From: the human T2T-CHM13v2.0 reference genome, Homo sapiens
Reading direction: 5' to 3' (one strand)
Length of the DNA stretch: 64,000 bases
Assembly (NCBI RefSeq): GCF_009914755.1
Contig: NC_060926.1
Part shown: positions 29,476 through 49,630 of the stretch, piece after piece
How positions within the stretch are numbered: position 1 is the first letter of the stretch
Layout: each line of letters opens with the position of its first letter
Program-made: the position numbers and the translations under genes
The notes under the pieces: generated by a model
What the model saw: the letters and a program-made list of their open reading frames with translations, nothing else
Database searches by the model: none
What the model was told of the DNA's origin: nothing

Positions 29476-29874
29476 TGTATTAGTCTTCTCAGGCTGCTAT
29501 ATCTAAATACTGTAGACTGGGTGACTTAAACAACGGACATTTATTTCTGACAGATTTGGAGCCTGGGAAGTCCAAGATCAAGATGCCATCTGATTAGGTC
29601 TTTCTTGAGGGCTCTTTTCTTGGCTTACAGATAACTTGCTTCTCCCTATGTCCTCATATGGCAGAGAGATCTCTCTGTCTTCCTCTTCTTAGAAAGCCAC
29701 TAATTCTGTCATGAGGGCTCTACTCACTTGTCTTCATCTAACTCTAATTAACTCACTAAAGCCCCATCTCCAAACACATCATCACACTGTGATCATCATA
29801 CCAAACACTTCATCACAGTGGAGTTTAGTGCTTTAACATATACATTTGGGGGTGATACAGTTAAGTCCATAGCA
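29476..29874 (-). mobile_element. MaLR solo LTR (MLT1A0-like)
   Basis: 'tgtattagtc...gggaagtccaagatcaag...gtccatagca' with TG...CA ends. Confidence 0.88.
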
Positions 29875-32800
29875 AACACCATAAAGATAATCAAAAGTGG
29901 GTATGTTCTAGTCAAATGAGAACTTCTAATGAATTATTCTTATTAGCAGAGATTACACTAGAGTACATGTACAAGATTATTCCGTTTGTTTATTTTGTAT
30001 AGTATGTCTTCTTATCCAATGTTACTTATATCAGATAAGTTACCCGTGAGAACTCTCCAATCTGATTTACGATTTTATAAAATTTATGCTATCATTAGAA
30101 CTACAGGTTATTTTTAATGGGTTATTGACATTCAGATTTAACACTGTGAACACTTTGAATAATTAGGGAAGAGGAGAGAGTGGTCACAGGATACTACATG
30201 AACCCTGTTGTTTCAGAAATCTGCCTTTGTGGTTTTGTATAACCCTCCCAGAATTTATGAAATGCTGCATAAAATAGCCCTAACTTCTAAAACTTTTTCT
30301 AACCTAAAATAGATAGAAACGATGAAGGTCAGATAAAGACCCTGCAGCTTGATTTCCCTTTTCTTATCTGCCAAATCTTTAGCTGATAATAGATGACTGC
30401 ACAGAGGCACAGACTCCTGATACTTTCCTCGCCTCTGCCTTTGGGAAAAAAGATCAGTTGAGATCAGTTAACCAGAGCTAAAAGTGATGAAATAGATGGT
30501 CAAAAGAAGAAATCAGGTCTCAGTTGTATATATTCAAAATAGCAGTCAGCTGATAAGTGCCTTTTATACTTAAGAAATTGTGGAGAAACTGGTAATTATG
30601 TCATTAATAATTTTTAGACCAGAAATTTTAACTTCAACATACAGTATTTTTCAAGCTTGATGGTTGAGATTAATGTTTAGAGCATATTCAAAATTCATCT
30701 GTTAGTCTCAAATTGTGGTTTCCTACTTCTCTGCAACTTAGGGGTTTTCCTCACACTTCTTCCCTCTCCTGCACTATCAAGCTTGGCATCCTGCCTCTGA
30801 GCCCTGCACCAACTCTGTCTACAGTGGCAGGAAATGATGCAGAGCAATACAGATATTTTTTTTTAAAAAATGGTCCAACTTTACTTTTGACCATAAATAA
30901 AAGAGAAAATGGAATTTTCTTTTCCCAGCACCTGGAATTACAGTGTACAAATATTTCATAGAATGAGGTGTGATTGGAAGACTCACTGAGAAGAAACTGG
31001 TCAGGGAACTGGTTTAGGAAAAAGAAAATAGATAAAAGACACTATGAATGACTTTCTGGTTGGCAAAACAAAGAGGAGAGAAGGAAGATGGAGCCAGAGA
31101 AAAAAAGAAAGTAAGTTTTTTCCTCTCTTTCTCCCACGCTTTCAAGTAGAGAGGTCTGTGTTGTGGGATCTACTGAAAAGAGCAAAGTGGCTGAGATATG
31201 GCTGATTGAAATGCAAGACCTATGAGGCAGCAGCAGTGGCAAAAAATAACATGTCAGAGAATCTTTCCCTCCATCCTCTTGTCTCCAGCCATCTCAAGGA
31301 AGGCCAGGATCATAGGAAGGGAGAAAAGACAGACTGAGTTGTCAGTGCATCATATACAATATTGATAAATGTCATATTTTGTTTTCAGTTAAACTTATTA
31401 CTATTTTTAGGTGTCAAAAGTACTTAAAGATATAGCCATCAGGTATGAATACTGTCTGGCTTAGTGTAATGGGGGTTCCTGTTTATAATACATGCTAAAT
31501 TCAATGTTCTCTACAGTTCCGTCTTAGCCATTTGCTCTGTGCATACTCCCTAGGTGACATGCCCATGATTTTATTTGTTACTTACTGTATGATTTTTAAA
31601 CCCCTATTTTCAGTCTCTCAGCTAAACTCCAGAGCTTCCATGTTCAACTGCTGTGGTTTTCAAACCCTGTTTCAAATGCCAGTTTGTGTATGTACGTGTG
31701 CACACACGCTTCACAAACTTGGCATCTGTCATTCTGAATGCCACATACAACTAAATTTATACTCAGAGCAATAGTTCAAATTTGTAGTCCAATGAGATAT
31801 TAGAAAACAACTCTGCAAACAATTGAAGACAACAGATCTATTATTTCCCCCAAAGATCTGTTATTGGTAACTCTAACCCCTTTCAATTGATATAACTGTT
31901 TTGATGACAGATAATGCCACATTGCTCCCACCCATCCCATCCCTTTTTGCTGCCTGAAGTCTAGCCCAGCTCACTTCATCACTTTCTCCTTGATTGTCCA
32001 TCCAAAGAGTGATGGCATCACCTACTTGGACTGAATAAATGGCCAGAGGTATTTTGGTGACAGACTTTCAATATTGCACACCTATGACTTTGACACAGAC
32101 AAAGAAACTGGGGGAGACGTTAGGGTGAATGCCTATAGACTGTATGTCTACCCAACATCCAAGTACCATCTTTAAATTCTCTGTCTTCTTTGAATTTCTA
32201 GTTTGAAGTAGCCAAAGACAAGAAAGGAAAAATAGTATCTGAATCCACCTAAGCTAGAACCCATTTCTGCCAAGACATGTAGTATTTATGCTATAATAAG
32301 CATCATTTGGTATAACAGTAGGTATCTTGCTTAACGTATTTAACTCTAAGAAAAACATCAGAGTGGTTTGAATGGATAAGGGGTTGATCACATAATAATA
32401 TTTAGAACTAATATTTTAACTGCCTAGACTGAACTAAAACAATTGCCACTTTGGCATTTCCAGTTGGATGCGCCATAGGTATTTCACACTCATAATGTGT
32501 GAAAATGACTTGATCACTGACTAGTGCAACATTGTGTATCATCGTGGATTCCTATATCTTACATATCCTTCAATATTCAATATCATATCTAAATAAGTCA
32601 CTGACTTGAAATGATATGTGTTTTGAATGTTCCTGCACAATTTATCACCTCAGGCTTTCTAATTTTTATTTTCCTTGGCTTAGTTTAATTCTTCCTTGTA
32701 TTTCTTCAGTGAGCAGATACTTGGCTTCCCTGTCTCCATTACAGCCTTTGTTCCAATGAACTTTGTCTGATAGTTGACTATATGATATATTCGGGAACAC

Positions 32801-32936
32801 TAGAATATGCATGCACATTTTATTCATTTTACTTGTAGCTATCAAATATTTTGTTAGTACTTCTTTTAATCATATATGCATGTAAATGCATACACACGGG
32901 ATATATGGAATATATTGGTAGATATATTCATATACA

Positions 32937-33862
32937 AAGGTGCTGAAAATCATTGATCATCAGAGAAATGCAAATCAGAATCTTCTCACCCCAATCAAAA
33001 TGGCTTATATCCAACAGACAGGCAATAACAAATGCTGGCGAAAATGTGGAGAAAAGGGAACATTCATACAGCGTTGGTGGGAATGTAAATTAGTACAACC
33101 ACTTAGAACAGTCTGAACGTTCCTCAAAAAGCTACAGATAGAGCTACCATATGATTCAGTAATCCCACTGCTAGGTTTATACCCCTCCAAAAGCAAATCA
33201 GTATATTGAAGAGATATCTGCACTGCCATGTTTGTCACAGCACTGTCCACAATAGCTAAGATTTGGAAGCAACGTAAGTGTCCATCAACAGATAAATGGA
33301 TAATAAAAATGTGGTACCCATACATAATGGAGTACTACTCAGCTATCAAAAAGAATGAGATCCTGTCATTTGCAACAACATGGATGGGACTGGAGATCAT
33401 TATGCTAAGTCAAATAAGCCAGGCACAGAAAGACAAACATTGCATGTTCTCATTTATGGTATCTAAAAATCAAAACAATAGAACTCATGGACATAGAGAA
33501 TAGAAGGATGGTTACCAGAGGCTGGGAATGGTAGTGGGGGCCTGGGGTGTGTGGGGGGGGTGGGGGTGGGGATGGTTAATGGGTACAAAAATTAGTTAGA
33601 AAGAATCAATAAGACATACAATTCGATTGCACAACAGGGTGACTATAGTCAATAATAACTTAGTTGTACATTTTAAAATAACTAAAAGAGTATAATTGGA
33701 TTGTTTGTAATGCAAAGGATAAATGCTTGAGGGGATAGATATCTTACTCTCCATGATGTGATTATTTCACATTGCATGCCTGTATCAAAACATACTATGT
33801 ATCCCACGAATATATACACTTACTATGTACCCACTAATATTAAATATAAAAAGTTATAAAAT
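32937..33862 (+). mobile_element. L1MA (MA1-3-like) 3' fragment
   Basis: ORF2 C-terminal peptide ([19 protein letters not shown]) followed by L1MA 3'UTR 'gcacaacagggtgactatagtcaataat'. Confidence 0.9.
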
Positions 33863-34087
33863 GTTACTGTAACACTTATTCTTCAACAACTTTTTATGCA
33901 ATAGGACTTTAAAACCTCAAAGTTTTCTTTGAGGATTTTCTTTTTAAATATCTTTAGGATAGAGTATATAACTTTTAGACAGTCACTTGGAAAAGACAGA
34001 AATCACATGAAGGATTCCAGGATTCAAAATAGAGTGATTTTTCTACTATATACACTGAGTCATATGAAAATCTCAGGTAGAAATTTC

Positions 34088-34922
<835 letters not shown>

Positions 34923-35139
34923 AGTTACTTACTGTTCTGGAAACTTTATATCCAGTGAAATATATGAGATAATGCATGATTGCTTTAATTCATTCATTCT
35001 TGGTGATTGGCTTGATAAGAAATCACTTTTGGTGACTGGCTAAAATCTCAATAACTTACGTGGTATCAAAAGGAAAACAATAACTAAGAATGACTAATTG
35101 GCATCTTAGAACACGTAAGTCCATAGCAAAGACAGAAAT

Positions 35140-35549
35140 CAAAATAAATATTCCATTTGTTCCTCTGCATTTCCAAGCCCTCTTGAAGTTAGATGAGGAC
35201 ATGTGAGTAGTTCTGGCCAATGAAATGCAAATCCAAGTGTTTTGTAGTAGAAAGCCTATGCTATATCTTAAATATATACAATTAAACAGCTACAAATAAA
35301 AAGCCCATGCATGATCCTCCAGTCTCTCTCTTCCTCTGTAAACCAAGGAAGCTTTGTGACTCAGCTGATATGTGTACGACATGATGGAGACTCTATCATC
35401 CTGGGCCTCTGAGGGACTGTGTGGAGCGCCATTCTCTGTTGATCTGTGCTGAATAGGCAGGATGAGCAGGAATTAAATCTTGGTTAGGTTAAGTCACTGA
35501 AATTTCGTGATTATTATTACCATAGCTTAATGTATCCTATACCAATACA
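35140..35549 (+). mobile_element. Old MaLR LTR (MLT1I/J-like)
   Basis: 'catgtgagtagttctggccaatgaaatg'...'ttaagtcactgaaattt'...'aataca'. Confidence 0.75.
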
Positions 35550-35589
35550 AGGACCATAAGAGAATTGTGTTTTTTTTCCTCCAAGTCTA

Positions 35590-35924
35590 CTTTTCTCCAT
35601 TGTTTTCACCATCACTAAACAGCTCCATATTCCATCAATAAATTAAGACATTTTCTCGACTCTTCTTTTTACTTCACTTCCATGTACACAATCCATTGGT
35701 AATTCCTGTGTGCCCTACACCAAAATATACTTCAAATGTATTTTTGATGCTCATCATCCCAATTCTCCACTAGACCCGGGTGCCATCATTGCTCTCCTGG
35801 GCTGCTACAATAACTTTGTAGCTGGCCACCTTACTTCTGTTTTTATACTATAACAATCTATTAACCACACAAAATCCAAGAGATCTTTTAAAAATATGAA
35901 TTGGATGTTACTTTTCTTTTTTCC

Positions 35925-35956
<32 letters not shown>

Positions 35957-36550
35957 GAGACAAAGTCTCACTCTGTCATCCAGGCTGGAGTGCAGTGGTG
36001 CCATCTTGGCTCACTGCAACATCTGCCTCCTGGGTTCAAGTGATTCTCGTGTCTCAGCCTCCTGAATAGCTAGGATTCCAGGTGCCTGCCACCATGCCCG
36101 GCTAATTTTTGTATTTTTAGTAGAGACGGGGTTTCACCATGTTGGCCATGCTGGTCTCAAACTCCTGACCTCAGGTGATCCACCCAGCTCAGCCTCCCAA
36201 AGTACTGGGATTACAGGCGTGAGCCACCACGCCCGGCCAAATCGGATGTCACTTTTCTGCTGAAAAACATCTGGGAGCTTCCCATCGTGCTTAGAAATAA
36301 CTGCATAATCTAAAGTCGCACCCCACTCCACCTGTCACTCTCTCACTGTACCCTCTTTAGTTTCTTCATAGCACAAAGCACAAATTGAAATTTGTTTAAT
36401 GTATTTGTTTACTAGTTTATCTCTTGTATTCAAGTAGAATGTACATTCAATTAGGCAGATAGTGTTTTGTTTTGCTCATTCTTATATTCCCAGTAACTAA
36501 AACAGTACTTGGCATAGAGTTGGGACTCAATAAATATTAGTTCAAAGAGT
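35590..36550 (+). mobile_element. L2 fragment interrupted by an Alu
   Basis: 'ctctcctgggctgctacaataac' and 3' end 'ttggcatagagttgggactcaataaatatt'. Confidence 0.7.
35912..36238 (-). mobile_element. AluSx-like, full length
   Basis: Dimeric Alu; TSD aattggatgttactttt/aatcggatgtcactttt. Confidence 0.95.
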
Positions 36551-37920
36551 GATAAATTATAAGGGGAAATGGTCCAGGGCATGTTTACTAAACTGAATGC
36601 TGTATTTGTGTTTTTAAAAAATTATGTTTCGACTTTTTCTTTCAAATTTACAGCTAGAAAATTAAAGTCTACCACAGCCAGACTCCAGGCCCCAGGAATG
36701 ATTTAATGCAACATCACATTAGCCAGAAAGGGAGAATAAATGAGGTGAAAACATTTTGTTGTATCATTTTCCCATAAAAAGCTTGTAAGAATACAGAGTC
36801 ACCCCATGAAGCTGTTCTTGTGTCAATTGTTGCAGCAAAATAAAAAATTCTATTGTAATCTGTGAATATCTTTAAAATGGCCAACTGCTCCAAACTTATT
36901 AAGCATTCTTTTCTACACAGTCAGCTTAAATACCCACAATACCTTTGAAAAAGTTGCAGGAGTGAAGAGACAGTCTTATGGGGTTGTTTATTATCACTGT
37001 GATGGAGCTCAAAACTAGGGTGCAGATCCCCATGCTAGTGTTGATTTTATAATGGAAGTCCCCTAGACACTGTTTTTTAGGTCTTCCAAGCATAGTGGCT
37101 CACTTTTACCTAAGGCATAACTCAAGTACTTTCCCAGAATGCTACCCATTTGCTAAAGAAATATTTCACCTCTTCACTCAGTTAAGAATTTTACCATTCT
37201 TATCGGGATAGCCTGCTGAACTGTTTACACCCTTGTGGACTGTTTTTGTAACATTTTCATTTTATTTCCTTTCATAGTTGGTGTCTCAAAATGTATTCTT
37301 TTTGGTGTTATCTTCACTAGATATAACTAAGAAATTATTCTCATCTTGATTCATGTATGTTAAACTTTTTGTGATTTATTTAAATCATATGAGAATAAAA
37401 CATTTTCTCTCAAAGTTCTCCATGAGATGTGAAACATGATTATTTTACTTTCCTATGCCCTAGTACAACAAGAGAATTCTAGCTTTTCTCATTATACTCT
37501 GCATATGCCATATAGATTGGGAACATTTTAAGGATAGATGTTGCTCATTGGGTCCAATTATGCATGTTCTATTTCCAATAAAATATGGAAACAGCTATTT
37601 ATCTTGAGAAATGAACCAGCAGAGAAACAAATACCTTAGAAGGCATAAATGCTGTTATTGCCCAACAAACCCACATTTAGAAGCTCTCTTAAGCCTCTTT
37701 AGGTTAAATGGACTGTTTTACGTTATAGATTAAAACGAAGGAGGGTTCTTCCCATACCTCTAATAAAAAAGATAAATAGAATCATTAGAAGTTAGTCATA
37801 CACAATAACTAATTTAGTAACCACTAGGTATAGATGTCTATGAGTTGTGATGGGAATTAGGATGGATACAAAGAATGTGTTCCTTGCTGTAAGATTCTAA
37901 CTATTTAGAAAGAAAGACAA

Positions 37921-37923
<3 letters not shown>

Positions 37924-37951
<28 letters not shown>

Positions 37952-37959
37952 CCACACAC
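37924..37959. repeat. (CA)n microsatellite
   Basis: Directly visible. Confidence 0.95.
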
Positions 37960-38809
37960 CCCATACTGTTCTTGAATACATACAAATGCCAAAGAGGTGG
38001 CTGAGACAGTAGAACCACAGAAGCATATGTGGCATCTGTAGATTATATATATTTAGGTTATTTATTTGCCCCTTAAACTTTGTTCCACCCCCTAAAAATG
38101 AAGGGAGGTGTACCTAACATTAGGTGTTGTGACTTGACTTTACAAATGGAACCTTCAGAAAAATTACTCTAGTCTCCAGCTGCCTTATTTTGGTGGATAA
38201 CTATATACCAATCATTTGACTTTTCCTTAAATTTGATTAGAAAGTAATTAATGGCAAATATTTTACAAGAAAAATGGGATACATGCAGAAATTTTCATAA
38301 AGCTTTCATGTTTTGAAGAGACATATTGAAAACTAGGAAAATTTTGAAAATCTCATTTACTTAGAACAATTACAATTTTTGAGAATTGTGATATTTATTT
38401 CCATCAACTTCTATCATCAATATCAATTATAGTTAGTGAAAATAAATTTTGGTGATGTTTAGAATGTGGGTGTTAAGATAGAGTTATATTTGATTAAACC
38501 ATTAAGCTTTGAGTTTCTTATGAGTAATATCTATTATTTTTAGCTTTTATCACATCATAATTTTCACCTTGGAAAAAGAACAAATGTGTTTTTCAAACAA
38601 CTTTTCTTTAAAGTGGAAGCTTTAAATTACTTTACAAAGCAGACATAGCGATTTGGATTTTGCAAAGAATTTCATGTGATATATGAGTAAATCCAGGCAT
38701 ACTAAAGTCCTGGATAATTGATAGGTTATTAAAATGCTTTGTCACCTAAAATTTTTCTACTGAATATAGAAGCGCATTTTAAACAGCCTGTTGTTCATCT
38801 TCATTTGAA

Positions 38810-39770
38810 TATCTGTCTTAACACCTCCTCAGTGTCTTCAAAATTCTGTATAAACTTGCACATAGTAGGTGCTCAAATATATTTATTGAATGAATGAATA
38901 ACTCAATGTATCATCCCCAAACTTTCTCCTGAATTTTTTATTATGAAATTACTCTTAATACCTCAAAACCTTAATCACCTCCATTTTCATTCAATTGCTA
39001 ATCAATTTCATAAGTCTGCCAGTATATCACTGTAGTGTATCTCAATTCCACTGCATTCACTCAACAAGTATTTATTGCTTGTGTATTTATGTATCATTTG
39101 CCACACACAGGAACAATATGGTTCATGTCACCATGGAGCTTGGCTTTTTTTGGGGAAACCTACAGTCTCATACCAGTCCTCTTATTATTAATCTAGACCT
39201 GTATTTCCTTTCATCTGACTATTGCAGTGTTCTCCTAGCTTGTGTCTCAGCATCCAGTGTCTTTGATTTTATTTGATTAATTTTAAAAGTATAACACTTA
39301 TTATCTTTTTGTGCATTACCTTCAATAGTTCCCCATTGTTACCAAATAATTTGAAAATCCCTTAATTTACTGTTCCATGTTCTGGCCCAACCAGCTGTGT
39401 TCATTAACTTTCCTCTTGCACTCTGTTTTGCAGACAAACTAGGCTTCTCACTAGTTCTCCAACATCTTACTATTTCTCTAGCACTCATTGTTTTCTTCCC
39501 CTGGAGTTATCTTCTCTGTTATTAAAATTTTCATGGCTTAAAATCTACTCATCTTTCAAGGCCAGTTCTGCTATTTTCTGATTCCTTCAAACAAAAATAT
39601 TTTCTCTCTCCTTTAAACCTCCATGGAAATTCCTTTGTTTCTCTCTTGTGGTTCTTATCAGTTTTGACCCTATGTTGTAATTTTGGAGTTTATCTCTTAT
39701 CTGCTTGAGGACATCTTATACATTGCTTATATTTTTCACAGCAGCTAGCATTGTACATTCCATATACAAC
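38810..39770. mobile_element. Cluster of L2 fragments
   Basis: L2 3' end 'gcacatagtaggtgctcaaatatatttattgaatgaatgaa' at about 38857-38899, plus 'tctactcatctttcaaggcc'. Confidence 0.65.
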
Positions 39771-39929
39771 AAGCTGAAGGTAAGACCTGGAGAGTTAATT
39801 GGCAATGTTGCATATATTATATAGGAGACTCTATGAGCTAATCTAAAATAATCGAATGATATCTTAAGTATGAAATTTGATTGGTTCACTGAAATTTGCA
39901 AAAGATATCAAATTTATTTTATAGAAATT

Positions 39930-40205
39930 TTATTTATTTAGTTAGTTAATTATTTGAGACAGGGTTTTCCCTGTGGCCTAGGCTAGAGAGCAGTGGTGCT
40001 CAAACAATTCTCCTGCCTCAGCCTCCCAAGTAGCTGGGACTGCAGGTGCACACTACCACACCTGGCTAATTTTTGTATTTTTTGTAGAGACAGGGTCTTG
40101 ATACATTCCCTAGGCAGGTCCTGAACTCCTCCTGGCTTCAAGCAATCCTCCCACTTTAGTCTCCCAAAATTTTGGGATTATAGGCATGAGCCACTGTGCC
40201 TGGCC
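39930..40205 (-). mobile_element. AluJ with internal deletion
   Basis: J-type 'tttgtagagacagggtct' and 'caagcaatcctcccac'; TSD 'tagaaatt'. Confidence 0.9.
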
Positions 40206-42819
40206 TAGAAATTATTTTTAAACAAAGCAGAGACTCTTAGTAAGTGGTTATATTGTGGGCAAGTTCCTAAGTTTTTGTGCACTAAGACAATGTACTAATA
40301 CCTTTTCAGGCATAATAAAAATTAACTTAGCTGAGAAACATTTCTCAGTTTAATGTCAAATCAGAAGACTAAATTGAAATATTTTCTTCTGACAGGGAAT
40401 TCCCTAGATGAAATATAGCTATTTATATATACACACCCCCAAACCTACGGAACTAAGAATTTTTCAGGCTGAAAGTATCTGCTGGTAGATTGGCAATTCA
40501 GAAGCTTCTCTAAAGACTACCCTTTTCACCTTTCCAGTTTCAATTAATTTGACAACCTCAAGCTATTAGATGCTATACGTGCTTTGACAGAAAGTATCTA
40601 AGGGGACCATGCTGAAGGATCTTGAGTCATAAAATCTCCAGGCTTGTCCAGGATTCATATGATTTTAAGGGAATGGGCATAGTATTCTGTCTGGCTGTGA
40701 AAAGAAGATCTGGAACAAGAAAAGTGCTGCAATAGAAAAATGAACTGCTAGGCAGGTCTATCCCTGGGAGTAGGTATAGTGCATGCCATGGGACATATCT
40801 ATAATTGTAACTGCTTTCCCATAAAACTTGATCAATTCCATCATTTGGTGGATTCTTCCCTATGGAAACACGCACATAATTTTTATAACAGAAGTTTACA
40901 ACATATGATCTATGTTGTTATAAACTGCTTGGCCTAAAATAACTACTCCATAAAATGAGAGATGTCACATTGCTTGATGAGATATATTTCTTATTGCATT
41001 TCATAAGTTTAATAACAATTCATTTCATAGAATTTGTTCTCCTAGAAACAATGCTGAAACCAATGCTCATGTCATTGCTGGAATGCTTTCCTTCCCCTTG
41101 GGACTGAAGAGCTTGTTTCTGTGAATTTGCTTCCACAAAATGAGGGAGGGTGTGATTCAAGCTAACTCCCCAGGCAGACTTATGCCCAGATGCACAGTAC
41201 ATGATCCCAGAGCCACATGGTCATCCCATGGGTAAGCACAATTGTATCAGAATAATCACATTGCTCTAATTCTTTATTAATTTATTCATTGCCATGTTCC
41301 CTTATCAAGGCAACCAATGGGACCCTTAAAACAAAAACGAATGGATTGAAATCTCAAAGAAGCAGGTCTTTTCATTTATTTCAAAAACATTAAACTGAGT
41401 TAGTTAAATAAATGATTATTTGAAGACTTTTTAATCTGGGAAACTGACTAGAAGAAGGCTTTTGACCTGAGGAAATTCTGGAGAATAGGAAAATCTTTGG
41501 AGCCTGTGTCTGAGCTTCTGCGAGGCCAGGGACAATTCCCGAGCTCTCTGCGTTTCTTGCAGACTCCCAGGAACCCACTCTGATACAGAGAAGCTTGAGG
41601 TATTCTAATGACCGTGGCCAGAGGTAAGAAGCCAGAATGCTACCGAATGCTGTTCCTGGCTACTTCAAATTGCTCTCTGGATAGGATTGAGCAGGGATTC
41701 ATGGAATGTTTCAATAACTCTGGTTTCTTAAGTAGTTATTAACATTGCTTATACCTAAAAATATATGTAGGTATAATTCCAAGAAAGTCAAACTCAAAGA
41801 ATCCAGGACTGGAAGAAAAATTCATATAAGACTATTGGCAAAGGTAATTTTTCAATTCTTGTTGGTTGATTAAATCAACATTCTTAAGAACAAAATTGGT
41901 AAATAGTTTTATTTTTCAGTGCTTCCTTGTTTTGTAGTGGCTTCTTGGAGTGCTATTTTGATAAGGATGTGAGAAGTGCAATGATCAATTGGTGATGTCT
42001 GTCATGGACAAAAGGGAGAGAAAGAGGAGTGCTTCACATTTATTAACTTGGTATAGGTCTTTTACATGTCCTTTTATTCTTTATAATGAAGGCAGAGTAT
42101 ATGATTCATAAGGGTTTTGTTCTCGATTTCATGCAATACCCAAGGTGAAGCTCTGATATACCATATATAATCTTTGTTCAGTCCAGTGGATTATACCCAC
42201 AACAAATCAGTAAGTTAATAAGTAGCATGAAATAAGTAGCATGAAAGTCCTACAATCTATATCATTTATATAGCCAAACTGAGGAAGCTATGAAGAGTTT
42301 CAATGTATGAATATTTTTCTAAGTAATGATCTATTTCAAGGCAGCATTTAAAAATCTTTCTACAACATAGAAAGTAGTGGTACATTAGGTAATTTCTAAT
42401 TTTAAACTTCTAATGTCTATAATCATGAATAAATTATATAGAATATACAGACTATGTTTCTCCCTTTGTGCCTGTCTCAAACTTGAATTTATGATAAATA
42501 CATATCTCCATCAAGTTGGAGCCATCAAAAGAGACAGTTTAAATGGTAGTAAGAAGTTGGGGAGGAGGGGAAAGAATCACTGCATGGATGAGCACGCTGG
42601 CTTATAATTACACTCTGGGTAATTTCAAATGTTGTGAAATTGGATTTCTTACATTCAGAGAAAAATGTTGAAATATGGTATTTATACAGGTGTTTCATTA
42701 TCAGGTCCAGAGATTTGATTAAACAAGATTTCTCCCTTATAGGGAAATTTTTATAGAAAGTACTTATAATAGACATTTTGTTTATTTTTATCTTGCCCAT
42801 CCCCATTTCTTTTCTTGTT

Positions 42820-43275
42820 AATTGTACCCTGACTTTTCAAAGGAAATCCATTTCTCTCAAACCCTTAGTCCATGTGGTTTACAGTTGGGTACAAGACCAG
42901 GATCCAAATATTTAGTCACAGGGATTGTTTCAGAGTTAGGTATATGATTTAAACTGGGCCTATGAGAAGCAGCCATGGGCTTCTGCTGTAACTGTCAGGA
43001 AAGGGACCATCTCAGTGTACTGTGGTTTCTAAGTAGAATTTGCTGTGGCCATATTATGTGGAAAGCTTGTCTGATGAAGAAGGCAACCCAGAAAAAAGAG
43101 GAATTGAGAGATGAAGACAGATCATAATGACATTCTTTGAGTAATTGGATTGCCAAGCCTTTGAGCCAGTTCTACCCTTGTACTTTTCATCTCTGTGTCA
43201 ATAATTTTTTTTAAACTTAAGCCAGCTTGTGTTGGCGTTCCATCACTTACAACCAAAAGAGACCCAATTAATGAA
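42820..43275 (+). mobile_element. Old MaLR LTR (MLT1K-like)
   Basis: 'gtcacagggattgtttcag' and 'cttaagccagcttgtgttgg...cacttacaaccaaaaga'. Confidence 0.7.
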
Positions 43276-44586
43276 CCTACAACTCTATAATTCTATATAA
43301 TATTACAGAACTCACTTTAAACTTTGATTAATAATGCAAACTTATAGAGAGCCTAGACTTCCAAGTATTCTTAGTGTCATATTCATATGTTTGTAGGATA
43401 TAAAATACTTGTGCACGTGTCATATTTGTACATATAAAATTAAAACTACTATTAATATATTTAGATAGATTTTGCATATTAAAATATTATGGTATTTATA
43501 ATAATTTTCAGTTATGGCTAGAATGATGACATGACTGTAGCTGAAAAGTGTATTATGATGGAAGTTGTGTTTTGGTACAATTAAGGTGAGGTTATGGTTA
43601 GAGACTCTATAGTGTCCAAAATTTGCTCTATTATTGATCATCTATCCCTCCTTAACAGTTTTTAAAAAGTGGGAACTATGCATAAGGAAAAAACCTGGCA
43701 ATAAAGTATAAGTTTATTATTATCCATATTAGAAATTTCCAATCTCTAATTGCAGGGCCCTCTGATAAACCGAGTTGGAGCACATAGCTAGAGGCATTCC
43801 ATCTGTAAGTCTAAATTTGGGACACTAAAGCAAGCCTTTGAGGAAAAAAATGTCTTGGTATTCAGTGATGACTCTTCCCTAACTGATGACACAGTTGGGG
43901 ATGTAGAGGAGGTGTGAAAAAGTTTGGGACAGAAAATAGAAGAGACAGCCATCCTTCAGAGTGCTGACTTGAAGGCCCAATAACCTCAACCTCTAGCAAA
44001 CCATGACCCAGTGCATGTTCTGGGCCCTGACTCATCAGATTAGTGACCCCTCAGTCATCTGAACCCTCTCTACTAATCAGATTAGTGATGCTACCCCAAC
44101 ATTTGGGAGGGGTTGTACTTACTACTTACAAGTAGCAAGAAAATGTGTAGAAGTGGGTCTCATACAAAAACAGCGGAGTGAACGTATCCCTTTTCAAAAC
44201 ACTGTAGACCCAAAAATACTTTGTACACTAAATAAAGGAAGGAAATTAATTATTTGACGAATCAGTTGTTTATGGATTTTTACTAGAGTTTAGCTTCTGG
44301 ATTTTGCTGCACGAGTAATCTTTTTATATAGCCACTCATTGTGCTGGACTTTCTGCTCCATTCCCAGGGAGGTGAGCCTGTCACTCTTAAATATTAATTA
44401 CTGTATCCTTGTGGCTATACCACATCATTCATTATTCAACAGCTACTTGCAAGTCATCTTACCATTTAGTTTTCAAATGTTGCAAGTACAACAGAATTGA
44501 AGCCTACTCAACAGAGTTGTATCACAAGGAAACTCTAGAATACCACCTGTGTTTCATGATGATTTGTGATCTCAGCCTACAAATTA

Positions 44587-49630
<5,044 letters not shown>

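Noticed and set aside
33533-33575. G-quadruplex-like G-runs
   Set aside because: Normal G-rich tract of the L1 3'UTR
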